From positions 281,633-345,632 of the forward strand of contig NW_015165238.1 of NCBI RefSeq assembly GCF_001447785.1: 64,000 nt of DNA, written 5' to 3'. This stretch comes from Gekko japonicus (lineage: Eukaryota). A program made the translations under genes and the position numbers. The notes below the pieces were generated by a model that saw only the letters and a program-made list of their open reading frames with translations, was not told where the DNA came from and did no database searches. Below, one piece after another: positions 37,655 to 49,806 of the stretch (the first letter of the stretch is position 1; the number at the start of each line of letters is the position of its first letter).

Positions 37655-38309
37655 AGAAGTACAAATTTTACATTTGGTGGTGCTTGTCTCCATTTACTTG
37701 GCAACTCTGATGGGGAGCTTCCTTTCTAATCCTGACTGTAGCCCACAACCAGTCCCTTCATAGCCTGAAGTATTTCTTCCTGGCCAGCCTCTCATTAGCA
37801 GATGTTTCTTATATCTCTGTCACTTTCCCCAAATTCATGCCTGTTCCAGTGACAAACAAGAAACATATTTATTTTGCTGGATGCATCATCCACATAATTT
37901 TAGTTACCACCTTTGCAGGGGCTCAAATGTCCTTTTCTACTGTCATGGCTTATGACCACTATGTGGCAATCCTCTATCCTTTCCAATATACAATAAATAT
38001 GAACTGGAATGCCTACCTCCAAATGGCAGCATTATCTTGGCTCAGAATCATAATCAATGCTGTCATACTCACTGCAAATACATTTAGAATGCTTTTTTGT
38101 GGCTCTAACAAACAGTTTCATAAATCTAACAAACAGTTTTTCTAAGACATTCACAAAATGTTCTCTTTTTTTTTGCTCTATCAATTTAGTCATTGAGGTG
38201 GTTCTTGTTGCTGGTGCAATCCTTATGGGGTTATTTTGCTTTTTTAAATATATAGCTTAGCTTCCTGTGGGTACATCTTCTCTATTGTGTAAAAGATTTG
38301 GTGAGCTAA

Positions 38310-38597
38310 GGGTGATTCTGCATTGGCTTTTTCCTCTGTTGTTTTAACAAAGGTGCAGCTCAAAACCACATTCAAACACCCTGGGGCATACTGACTGCAA
38401 AGTCATCACTGACCAGCCATAAATCTATGTAGAAGGTACCATAAAACCAATGATCAAAGAAAGTGAAAGTGGCATGCAGCCTGGAGGGTACCATAAAATC
38501 TGATGATCAAAGAAAGTGAAAGTGGCATGCAATGCAGGGGGAATTTCTGTTCCAACATGGTAAAACATCAGAGGGAAAAGCCTATGCAGACTTGCCC
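38310..38597. mobile_element. Harbinger/Tourist-like MITE inside OR pseudogene
   Basis: TIRs GGGTGATTCTGCATTGG / CCTATGCAGACTTGCCC; TAA TSD; internal ~53-bp tandem duplication. Confidence 0.8.
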
Positions 38598-39855
38598 TAA
38601 GTCAGGAAACACATCCTTTTCCACCTGCATTCCGCACCTGACTGTGCTTTTCTTGTTCTTTTGAGTGCTGTGTTTTCCTACATGAGACCAACATTCATCT
38701 CCTCTCCTTTAGTGGACCTGCTTGCTGCTGTTCTGTGAATAGTTTTACCACTACTCCTGAATCTCATAATCTATAGCCTGAGTAAAAGAGATCCAAATGG
38801 CCTTGCAGAAAATGTCAAAGAAGTTGCTACATTTCACTAGGTGATGAAGTGAACCCAGTTGATACTACTGTGAATTGGTTGGGTCTACCATTATGAATGT
38901 TGGTGGGTTCAAGCGGAAATATTTCTATACTGTATTATTATAATTTATTGAAAGTATTTATAAATTGCTTCTCCAGTAGAAGTATGAAGGTAGTGTACGG
39001 TTCATAAACAAATGACTTTCCCCACTGTTAGTGGTTTTCTGCTTTGATACCACAGTCAGGGTTTTGGCTCATTTTTCTTTTTACAAAATAATTTTAGCTT
39101 CTTATAAGTTTATCTTCTTGACTGTGTTCAAGGATTGGGCAGCTCTGGCCAGATTCAAAACTTGACTGTATTTTTCTCTATTTCTATCCTTACTATCAGA
39201 GGACCAGCTCACTGGTTATATACACAGTTTTGCCACCATGAGTCCCATCACTTACAGTTTTTTTAAAAAATATATTAATAAGAAAAAGCCCCTCCACGTC
39301 TCCATTTATTCTTCCTACAAGAAATAGCTCACCAGCCCAAACAGAAAGCAGTGAGTAATCTTATTGTGTTATTTTCTGAAGTTTGCCTTGTAGTCACTTG
39401 AGTGTAATTGTTTGTAATTATGAAGCAAAGATTTCAAGAAGGAAGGATACAGGGTTCAAGGAATACGGAGCAACGGTGGAATCAGAAAGCATCAAAGTGT
39501 TGCAGGAGACATCTAAGGTACTTAAGTAATGGGTATTCAAAAATGAATCTGTATAAGTAAAAGTTTTATCATTTCAAAGTGGTGGGAGAGGTATCAACAG
39601 GTTACCTAATTTATCAATTAACTTATCTGGCAAGTAAACCTAAATAATTTAGAATTGAAGCGGATTGCGTATATAAATCATTATTACACCATCACATAAT
39701 GTATGGGATTCTCCACCCTCAAAATATAGTGGCAGAAGATTTCTTCATAAACATAATCATGGAGGTTAATTCTATTTGTGGCTATTAATCATGATAGGTA
39801 ACTGCAGTATATATCTTAATATCAGAAGTTCAAATAATGAGGAGAGAGAATCTTC

Positions 39856-40342
39856 GGCCGAGTTCAGACTGCCAGTTTGTCCCAATATACACGCATTTCA
39901 GAAATGTTCCACAACCGGATTAAATGGGCTGTTCACACAGGCACATCTGTCAGGCGTTCCCCACCCATACTCAACCCGTCTTGTAATGCTTCGCTCCCGA
40001 GTTTAAAAAATACCTGGTAAAAGTGGTAGCAAACCCTGGAAAGTGCAATTATCCTGCGTCCATCCCATACCAACAAAGTGTGAACGCCAAAAGCTGCATT
40101 TTTCTTATGCGCTCCTGTGCTCCTGTGCATAAGCGCATATTTCCAGATTACAAAAAAAAGAAAGAAAGCTGTGCCTTACAGCCATGCCTCCGGGCCACCA
40201 GTGTGAATGCTCCCTTGTGCCTTCTCCCGGTAAGCTCCCGCATCAGTCGCTGCAATGTGAACGGGAAAACCCGGAACAGTTTGTTCCGGCTCTTTTTTGT
40301 CCCAACTCCCTTCCGGTTCAAGCTGCCAGTCTGAACTCGACC
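39856..40342. mobile_element. Harbinger-like MITE
   Basis: TIRs GGCCGAGTTCAGACTG / CAGTCTGAACTCGACC; 3-bp TSD TTC. Confidence 0.8.
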
Positions 40343-40631
40343 TTCCATACTCTGTTTTTAGGTACCTATCAGGCCTTTTCTGGGAACAGGATATTTGATG
40401 ACCATTGATACAGCCAAGTAAGGTGTTTCTTATAGGCTTTTGCTCTGAGGGATGTCCTACAGCATTACGGTGGAGTTGAGAAATTATCCAAAGCAAGAAG
40501 ATTATCCAAAGTGTGGTGGTTGTCCTCCATGCACACATGTGGGTGTGGAGGGGGTAGAGCCACTATGCATGAAAAATTGGACAGAGATCCATAGTGGGAT
40601 TTAAGTATCCAAGGTAAAATTCTCATTTCCC

Positions 40632-40908
40632 CCAGTTTGGTGTAGTGGTTAAGTGTGCGGACTCTAATATGGGAGAACCGGGTTTGATTCCCCACTCCTC
40701 CACTTGCACCTGCTGATGTGACCTTGGGTCAGTCACAAGCTTTGGCACAGCTGACCTTGAAAGAGCAGTTTGTGTCAGAGTTCTCTCAGCCCCACCCACC
40801 TCACAGGGTGTCTGTTGTGGGGAGGGGAAGGGAAAGGAGTTTGTAAGCCGTTCTGAGACACCTTTGGGTAGTGAAGGGCGGGGTATAAATCCAATCTCTT
40901 CTTCTTCT
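40632..40908 (+). mobile_element. Squam3-like tRNA-derived SINE, full length
   Basis: TGGTGTAGTGG A box, GGTTTGATTCC B box, L2-like 3' end, (TCT)n tail. Confidence 0.85.
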
Positions 40909-41184
40909 AAATTTTGAAACCTCATTATTGAACAGAGAGACTGTTATGGTTTGTCATGTGTAATTTCAAGGAACAAACCATAAAGTTACTTCTTGTTTGA
41001 AATCCTATAATAACTAAAGGTGCTGCCATTAGGTAATCTTAGACTATGGGTTTAAGGGGGATGCATGCTTCAGATTGTAATGTATACTTCAGATGTGAAT
41101 CCAACCATTGTGTCTCTATTGACAGTAGCATGTTTTTCCTTTATTTCTCTATAACACATTTCCTTTTTTTCTCTACAATGAACA

Positions 41185-42135
41185 ATGGTTCATTTCAGTG
41201 AAGATATGGGAAATCAAACAACTGTCACAGAATTCTTCCTTTTGGGATATTCTGAAGTCAGAGAACTACAGATTTTACACTTTGTGGTGTTTCTTTCTAT
41301 TTATTTGGCAGCCTTGGTGGGGAACTTCCTTCTCATCTTGATAGTAGTCCAGAATGAATCCCTTCGAAGTCCCATGTATTTCTTCCTAGCTAACCTCTCC
41401 TTATCAGATGCTTGCTATATCTCTGCCACTGTCCCCAAATCCATGGCAATTTCTATGACAAACAGCAAACTGATTTCTTTCTCTTCATGCATCATTCAAT
41501 TTTTTTTAGTCGTCACATGTGCAGGTGCTGAGTTGACTTTTCTCACTGTCATGGCTTATGATCGCTATGTAGCCATTTGTCATCCTCTACAATATACAGC
41601 AATCATGAATTGGAATGCCTGTGTCCAAATGGCAGCAGCTTCTTGGATTAGCAGCCTAATCAATGCTGCTATACACACTGCAAACACATTCAGGTTACAT
41701 TTCTGCACCTCTAAGATTAAACAATTTTTCTGTGATATCCCCCAGCTACTAATGATATCTTGCACTGATGTAACAGCCAGTGTGGTGGTTCTTGTTGTGG
41801 AAACCATTGCTATTTGTTCATTTTGCTTTTTTTATATCCTAGCTTCTTATGGGTTCATCTTCTCTACAGTGTTTAAAATTCAGTCTGCCCAGGCCAGATC
41901 CAAAGCCTTTTCCACCTGTGTTCCACACCTGGCTGTGTTTTGCTTGTTTCTTTCTACTGGAGTGTTTTCATACTTGAGACCAAAATCTTTATCTTCACCA
42001 CTGGTGGACCCACTAGCTGCTGTATTGTACACTATCTTGCCACCACTCCTGAATCCCGTCATTTATAGTTTGAGAAACAAAGAGATCCAAGCAGCCATGC
42101 AGAAAATGTCAAAGGTCTATTTGGATTTCAATTGA
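41185..42135 (+). CDS. Olfactory receptor, intact (OR14-like), 309 aa from ATG 41206 (316 aa from 41185)
   Basis: Close paralogue of the 24537 gene; PMYFFLANLS, MAYDRYVAICHPLQY, KAFSTCVPHL, PPLLNPVIYSLRNKE. Confidence 0.95.
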   Translation: MVHFSEDMGNQTTVTEFFLLGYSEVRELQILHFVVFLSIYLAALVGNFLLILIVVQNESLRSPMYFFLANLSLSDACYISATVPKSMAISMTNSKLISFSSCIIQFFLVVTCAGAELTFLTVMAYDRYVAICHPLQYTAIMNWNACVQMAAASWISSLINAAIHTANTFRLHFCTSKIKQFFCDIPQLLMISCTDVTASVVVLVVETIAICSFCFFYILASYGFIFSTVFKIQSAQARSKAFSTCVPHLAVFCLFLSTGVFSYLRPKSLSSPLVDPLAAVLYTILPPLLNPVIYSLRNKEIQAAMQKMSKVYLDFN

Positions 42136-42849
42136 TGATATGATAAACTTCCCGGTAAAGAGAACCCAATGGATACTAATGTGAATAGCTCAGGTTTACC
42201 ATTATGGCTACTGATGTAATCAGACTGTTAGGTTATTTCTACCATATGTAATACAATTGCAACACTTTGTATGTGTAAATGATAACTATAAATTATATAG
42301 ATATAATTGATTATTCTCTGTATATGGAAAATTTAGCATGTCAGCTAATACTGTTCTAAACTAAAGCCGATGTGTTGATGTTCAATATACAAAGCTTTTC
42401 TCTTACTCTTTCCATTTGAATATGCAGCCCATCACCTGCAGTTTAAATGGTTACGATCTAGAAAGAGACATGGCATGACTGTTGCATAAAAGGATGGGCA
42501 CAGTATTAATGTTACCTGATCAGTATGTGGGCATTTAATACTTCAATCATTGGGCAGCAAGGAAACAACACAGATGCCTCCACAAGATAAAGGCCTATAG
42601 GAATCATGCCAGAGTACTTAGAAACCCTGGCAACACCTTCCAGTCTTGCCCACAGCTGATCAGTTTATGGGGGCAGGCTGTACAATCTGGCTGTAGGCAT
42701 CTCCTACTCACATTGCTGTCAGGAGTCCACCTGCTTCTGTGCATCCTAAGAACAGGCTGAGGAGCTACAGTAAATGCTTGATTGACCAGCATTTTGAGAC
42801 AAATGACTACCCCATGAAACCAAACAGATGTCACCAAATTTGTACTTAG

Positions 42850-44193
42850 AGCTAGAAATGTTAAGCTTCATGGTATTTCCCTCTGTTTACTGGCAGCCCT
42901 GATGGGGAACTTCCTTCTAACCCTGACTGCAATCCAGAATCACCACCTGCATAGCCCCATATATGACTTCCTGGTTTATTTATAACTTTTAGATGCCTGC
43001 TGCATATCTTATCACAGTCCCCAAGTTCATGGTCATTTCATTGACAAATAACAAACAGCTTTTCTCCTCTGAATGCATCATCCAAGTATTTTTAGTTATC
43101 ACATGTGCAGGTACTAAATTGTCCTTTCTCACTGTTATGGCTTATAACGGCTATGTTGCAGTTGGCCATTCTTTGCAATAGAAGCTGGTTGTGGAATGGA
43201 ATGTCTGCTTCAAACTGGCAGGTTATGCTGGACCAGTAGTATAACCCATGCAGAGGTACACATTTTTGCAAGAATAAAGGAAACAATTTTTTCTATGCTA
43301 TTCCTCAATTATTAATAATTTCTTACACTGACACAACAGCAAACATAACATTTAGCCTGGGTTTATTTTGTTTAGTTCTTTATGGGTTCATCTTATCTTC
43401 TGTGTTCAAGATCCTAGGCCAGGTACACAGGTTTTTCCTCCTGCCTTCCACACTTAACAGTGGCCCCGGTCACACGGGCAGGAAACTGCGGGGGAGAAGC
43501 GTGGCTGTTTGCCCTGGGGCAAACTACTGCGCAGTTAAGTGATCAGACCTCCCGTGGAGGTCCTGTGGAGGTACCGTGGAGGTTCCATAGCAAGGGAGAG
43601 GTGCTGATCACAGGACAAGCCGGCGCACAATGAAGAAGTGCACGCCGCGGCAACCTGTTTTGTTTTTGTGTGTACATGACAAATGTGCATGCTCCGTTGG
43701 GTGCGTGTGCGCATCCACAGAGACTTGGACAAAAAACCCCACCTTATTTGCAAGGGGACATGGGCGGGCGCCGGATGCCACCGGAAACGCGATCAGATGC
43801 CCGCCCTTGCCCCGCAGTTTCTGGAAACTAGTACCTCCGAGGTTCTAGTTTTTTGCCACGCAGTTTCGGCTGGAAGCCTTGGTTGAGCCACGGGAGTGCT
43901 ACGCTTCTTAGATGTGCTGGTGAGATCGCGCCCGGAAACTCCGCCTGTTTTCCGTCTCACTTGTGTGGCTTCTGTTCCATGTGACCGCAGCCAGTGTATA
44001 GCTTGCTTCTTTCTACCGTCGTATTTTCTCATGTCGGAGCAAAGTCTACATCCTCTCCATTGCTGGACCTGCTGGCTATTCTTCTGTATACCATTTGGCC
44101 ATCATGCATGAATACTGACATTTATAGCCTGGGATAAAGGAAATTCCAGTGAATATGTAAAAAATGTAAAAGGTGCAGTTTGAATTTCACTTA
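42850..44193 (+). pseudogene. OR14-like olfactory receptor pseudogene
   Basis: LMGNFLL, LHSPIY, ITVPKFM, MAYNGYVAVGHSLQ*, CLPHLT|MITE|VYSLLLST; stops, frameshifts, no start region. Confidence 0.85.
43462..43992. mobile_element. Harbinger-like MITE family A, copy 2, in OR pseudogene TM6
   Basis: Same TIRs as the 7342 copy; TSD AGT, confirmed by restoring the OR frame HLTV. Confidence 0.9.
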
Positions 44194-44476
44194 GGGAGAT
44201 TTCTTACGAGAGCTGCCTCGCAGCACAGCGCCGTTTGCCTTGACACAAATGTGTCAATTTCACACCCGAAGCTCCGGGGCTGCATTTGACTCGGGGCTTC
44301 GCCCAATTTCCTCCGCAGTTTCATGATCCTCAAAAACCAGGATCACGAAACTGCGGAGGAAATCGGGCGAAGCCCCGAGTCAAAATGCAGCCCCGGAGCT
44401 TCGGGTGTGAAATTGACACATTTGTGTCGAGGCAAATGGCGCTGTGCTGTGAGGCAGCTCTCGTGAGAAATCACCC
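44194..44476. mobile_element. Fold-back (palindromic) Harbinger/Tourist MITE
   Basis: 137/138-nt inverted arms, 8-nt loop, TTA TSD. Confidence 0.9.
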
Positions 44477-44734
44477 TTAGTGATCTCATATACATTCCAT
44501 TGAACAGAACCCAACTAATGCCAATATGATTAGTCCATGATGAGGTTTAGTGATGAAATATTTCTATGTTGTACAATGGCATCTACTTGTACTATGTCAT
44601 TGCTTTTTATTGTATCATTCTCTATTTACTTTAATGATGACCATAGCCACCTTTGTATAAACCAGGGTTGAGTTTTCCATAGATTAGTGGGGTATAAATC
44701 CAACCTCTTCTTCTTCTCATTATGAAACAATAAA

Positions 44735-44950
44735 AAAGGTAAAGGTTTACCTTGCTCGGAAGCCAGTGGAATCTGACACTAGGTTGTGGTGCTTATCTCC
44801 GTTTCCAAGCTGAAGAGCCAGCACTGTCTGAAGATGTTTCTGTGGCCATGTGGCTGGCGGTGACTAAATGCCAAGGGGCACAGAATGCTGTTACCTTCCC
44901 ACCATAGCGGAACTTGCAATTTCTTACTTTCGAACTGCTAGGTTGTCAGG
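44735..44950 (-). mobile_element. Sauria SINE, 3' part
   Basis: AAAGGTAAAGGT tail and body matching 49447-49806. Confidence 0.8.
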
Positions 44951-45065
44951 AGTCTAAACTTGGACCAGCTTGGACAGACATCTAATTTCCATTTTTCTGT
45001 GTAGATAATTCTAATATGTATTGTAATTTCTTGGGCTGTGATGTAACAAAAAATGACATGGAGGG

Positions 45066-45273
45066 CAATGCTCTCTCTAAGTTGTGGAGTCTTGTGAGCA
45101 ATTGGCATTAAAGTTGTGAGCTATTGGCATTAAAGTTGTGAGTGAGTGATTTGGCTACTGCATAAATTAGTTTGCTCTGGAGCAATCCTTCTTGACTTAA
45201 GACAAAAATATGTGAGCCAGAGGCTAAAAAACTGAGAGCTAGCCCACACTAAGTCATCTCATAGGGAACACTG
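45066..45273. mobile_element. hAT MITE
   Basis: TIR CAATGCTCTCTCTAA / GGGAACACTG; imperfect 8-bp TSD; second copy at 63662. Confidence 0.75.
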
Positions 45274-45424
45274 GTAGAGGGGTTTTGATTTTGCCTTCCC
45301 TACCACCTCTCAGTGAAAACCTAATCCAGAGACATATTTTTAAAAGGGTAAGTACATTTATTAGAATGATATGCAGAATTTGGGTACAATCCAGTCAGCT
45401 TTTCCATTGCAGCTCCAGTTCTTA

Positions 45425-46200
45425 TGTGGGATGGAGAGGTTTGGCCAGACAGCTATAACTCCGTGTGAAATGACCACTCATGCAACAGATTTTTGGGAAA
45501 TGTGGATAAAAATTGACCACGTATTTATTGATTACAGCTGTAAGAAGCATTGGTACAGCATGGGTCCACTGGATCCCATTCATCAGCTGACCCTGTGCCA
45601 GCCAATGTACCCATCACTCAGCCAGCAAGCATGGGTGGAGATTGCAGAGTGGCAGGTTACTGGGGATCATTTGGATGACTGCCCCTTCGTGATCTCCCCT
45701 GCCAACTGGCAGTGAGGGCAAGCACTGTTAGTCCTTGAGTTGGCTTGCTCCCATTGGCCCTCACACCAAGACCCCTTAAGGTGGTCCCCAACTTCAATAT
45801 ATGGCATGCAGGCTAATTTCCATAAATGGATCCAGCCTGTGCTGTTACCACCCAAAGAGTTATGACAAAAGAAGGCATGTACAAATTGAACTATAATGCT
45901 AAACTAACAATATAAACTATCTGTCCATGACACTGTTTGTCCCTCTTCAATAAATTAGTATATACAGTATTGATCCTGGTCGGCATATCTAACAGGGAAA
46001 GGATGGGTGGGCAAGCAACTCGCATGCCGTTGAAGGTTGAGGTGGCACAGGTGAGCAGCTGGCTTTGCCCTTCCTCCCTTCTTCACCAGCAGAAAAAGAT
46101 GGATGGGTCCCATCCTTTAATTATTGAAAGATGAAGGGTTCCACCCCTGCTGGTTCAGATCACCCACCCAGTAGCGACTTAGTCATCTGGGGAGGGGGAG
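45425..46200 (-). mobile_element. Decayed DIRS/Ngaro terminal repeats
   Basis: AATGACCACTCA..TTTATTGATTACAGCTGT..CAGCATGGGTCC co-linear with 52110-52700. Confidence 0.7.
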
Positions 46201-47969
46201 TGGTAAATACATTTATGTGAAAGAGTTGCAGAATTTGGATGAGATCTAACTAGTATGAAAACATTTGTTTTGTCCAGCATTCGATTTCTGAAAAAAGTCA
46301 ACCAGATTCCTTTTGGAAGGCTTAAAATCAGGCCTAAACAATACAGAACAACAGCATTCCCAATTGAATGTCCCCAGAACATGGTCTCTAGTGCTGTAGT
46401 ACCTTTAAACATGTTGAGTTTAGCTAGTAACTGTCTTCATTTATTAAGCTTACTACTAATAACTATTGATAGACCTGTACTCCATGTTTTGTCTTTCAAA
46501 CATGATTTTTAAACATCTAATCGAGTTGCCCATCACAGCATCCTTTGGAGTGAATTTTGCAAATTAACTAATTCTGTGAAATAAACATGTCTCCATTTAT
46601 CTATAATGAATTTACCTGTTACCAGTTTATACTTCATTCTAGTACTATGAAAAAGGAAGACAAATACCTCTGTATTCATTCAGCTGGATGCTACCAGCTC
46701 TCCCATTCAGTTTTTCCAGATTTCTGTCCTCACTGCTGCAAGTGTCCCATTTGATCTTTCTCTTCACAAGTTCTGTGATCCTCGTCAAAATGGTAACCTC
46801 CCTATTCCTGTGTGCAAAAAGCTATCAGGACACAACCCACTGTTCCATGCTATTCATTATTTTATAAACCTCAACCATATTCCAATTCTTAATTCATTGT
46901 TTATTTTTCCTAAATCATGGAGCTATCCATTATGACCCCTTGATCTTTCCATGGGTTGTAAAATAATAAAGAAACCATCAGTCTATATATAGATGATATT
47001 TTGTTTTAGTGTCCAGCTATGTGCCCCAAGTAGGCCCATTTGAGTATAAATTTGGTCAGTTATGAATGTTTTGTTTCTGCAATTCACTGTTCCATGAAAC
47101 ATGCTACAATTTTGTTTTCACCAGCTGAGGTTTGGTTTTTTTTACAGATGCTTTGTTTATCCCTTATGTTCTTGCTATGACCTGTGATGCACCTTGATTT
47201 GTTAGCACCTTGAGATGTCTGTGCAGAGTAAAAAATATTTCATAAATAAATGAGCTATGGCTAGGATATGAAGAATTGTAGAATTAATTCTGGGGGGGTT
47301 GGTTTTATTTTTTAAATTGTAAACTGTTTATTGAACAATGAAACAGAATACGATGCAGTAATTATAAAATGATAATTAAGTGTGTGGTGAATCAATGATT
47401 GACCATTACAAGTTATCTGCCAATTTTGGCTTTCATTCAAATAATTAAAATTAAAAATAAATGGAGTTCAAGCCAGTTCTAAAGATCCTTCAGCTACTTA
47501 ATGATAGATATAAGGTGTGTGAACCAATTAAAGGTGCTTTCTGTAAAGTTCCTTCTGGGTCAGTAAAAGCATCTAGCCATAATGACCATTTGGCCATAAT
47601 ACTAGTAGAGGTAACCTGTCTATCTGGATTGCTGTGCCTTTTGGTAGAACTGATATATCAAGGGGAGATTCTGTAATTTCCAATTTGAATCAAGTACATG
47701 TTTTGCTTCTGTCAAAAAGGTGGAAATGAGGTTGTTAGTATTTCGAGGAATCCTGACTCTCAGCCAGAATTAATTCTGCATTGTACAGAGGAATTTGGAT
47801 TGGTGATTTCAAACTGAAAATTTCCAAAAAGTAAAGCAAACTGGTTTTTTTGTTTATTTTTTGCTTTAAACAGAAGGGACTTTTTGCAAACATTGTGTTA
47901 AACAGCATAAAAAGAAGATTCTGCTGAACTTGTCTAAGGGCTTGAACTCACCATGGTAGAACTTCATAA

Positions 47970-48926
47970 CTACATTTTTGTGAACAGCTGATCAATCTGT
48001 CTCCTCAGTGCCTTCTTGACTTCTTTGTTCCTCAGGCTGTAGACAAGTGGATTTATCATAGGAGTCAAGACCGCATAAAAAACAGATAAGACTTTATTGA
48101 AGTCTCTCAGTGTGTCAGTATTGGGCAAAATGTAGACAATAGTTATTGTACCATAAAAAATGGTAACAACAATAAGGTGAGAAGAGCAGGTTGAAAAAGC
48201 CTTTTGCCTGCCACTGGTGGATGGTATTCTCATTATGGTGGTTATAATACAAATATATGATATTAGGGTCAACAAAAATGGAGGAAGGGTAAAAACAGAG
48301 GCAACAAGGTAAATGAGGATTCTCAAAAGATGGGTATCACTGCAAGACAAATCTATGAGAGGAAAAACATCACAGAAGAAATGATTGATTTCATTGGGGC
48401 CACAAAAAGATAATCTGGACACTAATATGATGGTTATTGAAATACCTAGAAACCCACTGAGGAAAGAGCTGCCAACCAACTGTATACAGAATTTCCCATT
48501 CATACGGTTTGTGTAATGCAAGGGCCAGCATATTGCTAAGTACCGGTCATAAGACATCACAGATAAAAGATAGCACTCAGCTGCCCCCAGAGATGCAAAA
48601 AAGTAATGCTGTACAAAGCAGAGGTTGAATGAAATGGTTTTGTCCCCAGTCAGAAGACTGACCAGAGTTTTGGGCAGGATGGTCGTACTATAGAAGGTTT
48701 CCAGGCAGGAAAAATTCCCAAGGAAGAAGTACATTGGAATATGAAGATGCTTATCAGCTACAACAAGTATAACCATGAGGATGTTCCCAGCCAAGGTCAT
48801 CATGTAGATAAACAGGAAGCATAAGAAGAGAAGAGCTTGAAGTTCTTGAAGATTTCTGAACCCTATAAGGATGAACTCTGTAATATTTGTTTGCTTTTCT
48901 GTATCTGTGGTGTTTTGGAGAGGCAT
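47970..48926 (-). CDS. Olfactory receptor, intact (OR11/OR6/OR10-like), 318 aa
   Basis: LHIPMYFFLGNFS, MSYDRYLAICWPL, KAFSTCSSHL, PMINPLVYSLRNKE; ATG directly after acceptor ttttccttacag. Confidence 0.95.
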   Translation of the reverse strand: MPLQNTTDTEKQTNITEFILIGFRNLQELQALLFLCFLFIYMMTLAGNILMVILVVADKHLHIPMYFFLGNFSCLETFYSTTILPKTLVSLLTGDKTISFNLCFVQHYFFASLGAAECYLLSVMSYDRYLAICWPLHYTNRMNGKFCIQLVGSSFLSGFLGISITIILVSRLSFCGPNEINHFFCDVFPLIDLSCSDTHLLRILIYLVASVFTLPPFLLTLISYICIITTIMRIPSTSGRQKAFSTCSSHLIVVTIFYGTITIVYILPNTDTLRDFNKVLSVFYAVLTPMINPLVYSLRNKEVKKALRRQIDQLFTKM

Positions 48927-49446
48927 CTGTAAGGAAAATATATATATATATTTAGACCAGGGAGAATGATGAGAATGCCAAATGTGCAGTTACAAACAGA
49001 ATGTTTTTTGTCTTAAACAGAAGTCAAACCCATTTCAGTTCTTTGGTAGATCAAACCAGCTTAGGACATTTAGTAGTCCTCCTGGTTCATTGTACACCAG
49101 CAGGCACAATTGTGCTGCCAAAAAAGCTAGCAGATGCCATACTGAGAAGTTCAGACTTACAGCACTGTGGTCAACAGGCTTCCTTAAATACTTGAGACCC
49201 ATAAAATTCAGTAATACTTAAGTGTGTCTTACATGCTCTGAATTATGCCCCAAATCTGCAAATCTACCACAACCTCACATTTGCTTTTCAGTTCTATGAA
49301 TAAATCATTACCCAAAGCATTGCCTCCACTCTTTCAGCATTTTCATTACATTTTCATACTTCCTTTTCTCCAAGGAATTTAAGTTGCAATGTGAAGCACA
49401 CTTATGAGGAAGCTCAATGGGACTTGCTTTTGAGTACACATGCTTA

Positions 49447-49806
49447 AAAAGGTAAAGGTAAAGGTAAAGGTTCCCTTGCTCGAAAGCCAGTCGAATCCGA
49501 CTCTAGGGTTGCGGTGCTCATCTCCGTTTCCAAGCCGAAGAGCCAGCGCTGTCCAAAGGCGTTTCCGTGGTCATGTGGCCGGCATGACTAAACACCAAGG
49601 TGCATGGAACGCTGTTACCTTCCCACCAAAGTGGTACCTATTTATCTACTTGCAATTTCTTGCTTTCAAACTGCTAGGTTGGCAGGAGCTGGAACTAGAG
49701 ACAGGAGCTCACCCCGTCTTGCGGCACCCAGGTCTTGAACTGCTGAACTACTGACCTTCCACAGCCTGCAGTTCAGCGTCTTAACCACTTGAGCCACCGC
49801 AGCTCC
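49447..49806 (-). mobile_element. Sauria SINE, full length
   Basis: (ACCTTT)n tail, tRNA-like head, exact 12-bp TSD TACACATGCTTA (49435-49446, 49807-49818). Confidence 0.92.

Larger units (their letters stand above)
36165..38840 (+). pseudogene. OR14-like olfactory receptor pseudogene split by BovB and a MITE
   Basis: ATG at 36165 (MVIQTSMTGFLLMEFCD) resumes after the BovB tail as EVQILHLVVLVSIYLA; MAYDHYVAI, SFSTCIPHL; several stops and frameshifts. Confidence 0.9.

Noticed and set aside
40632-40700. tRNA gene
   Set aside because: A/B boxes belong to a SINE head followed by an L2-like tail; no clean cloverleaf.
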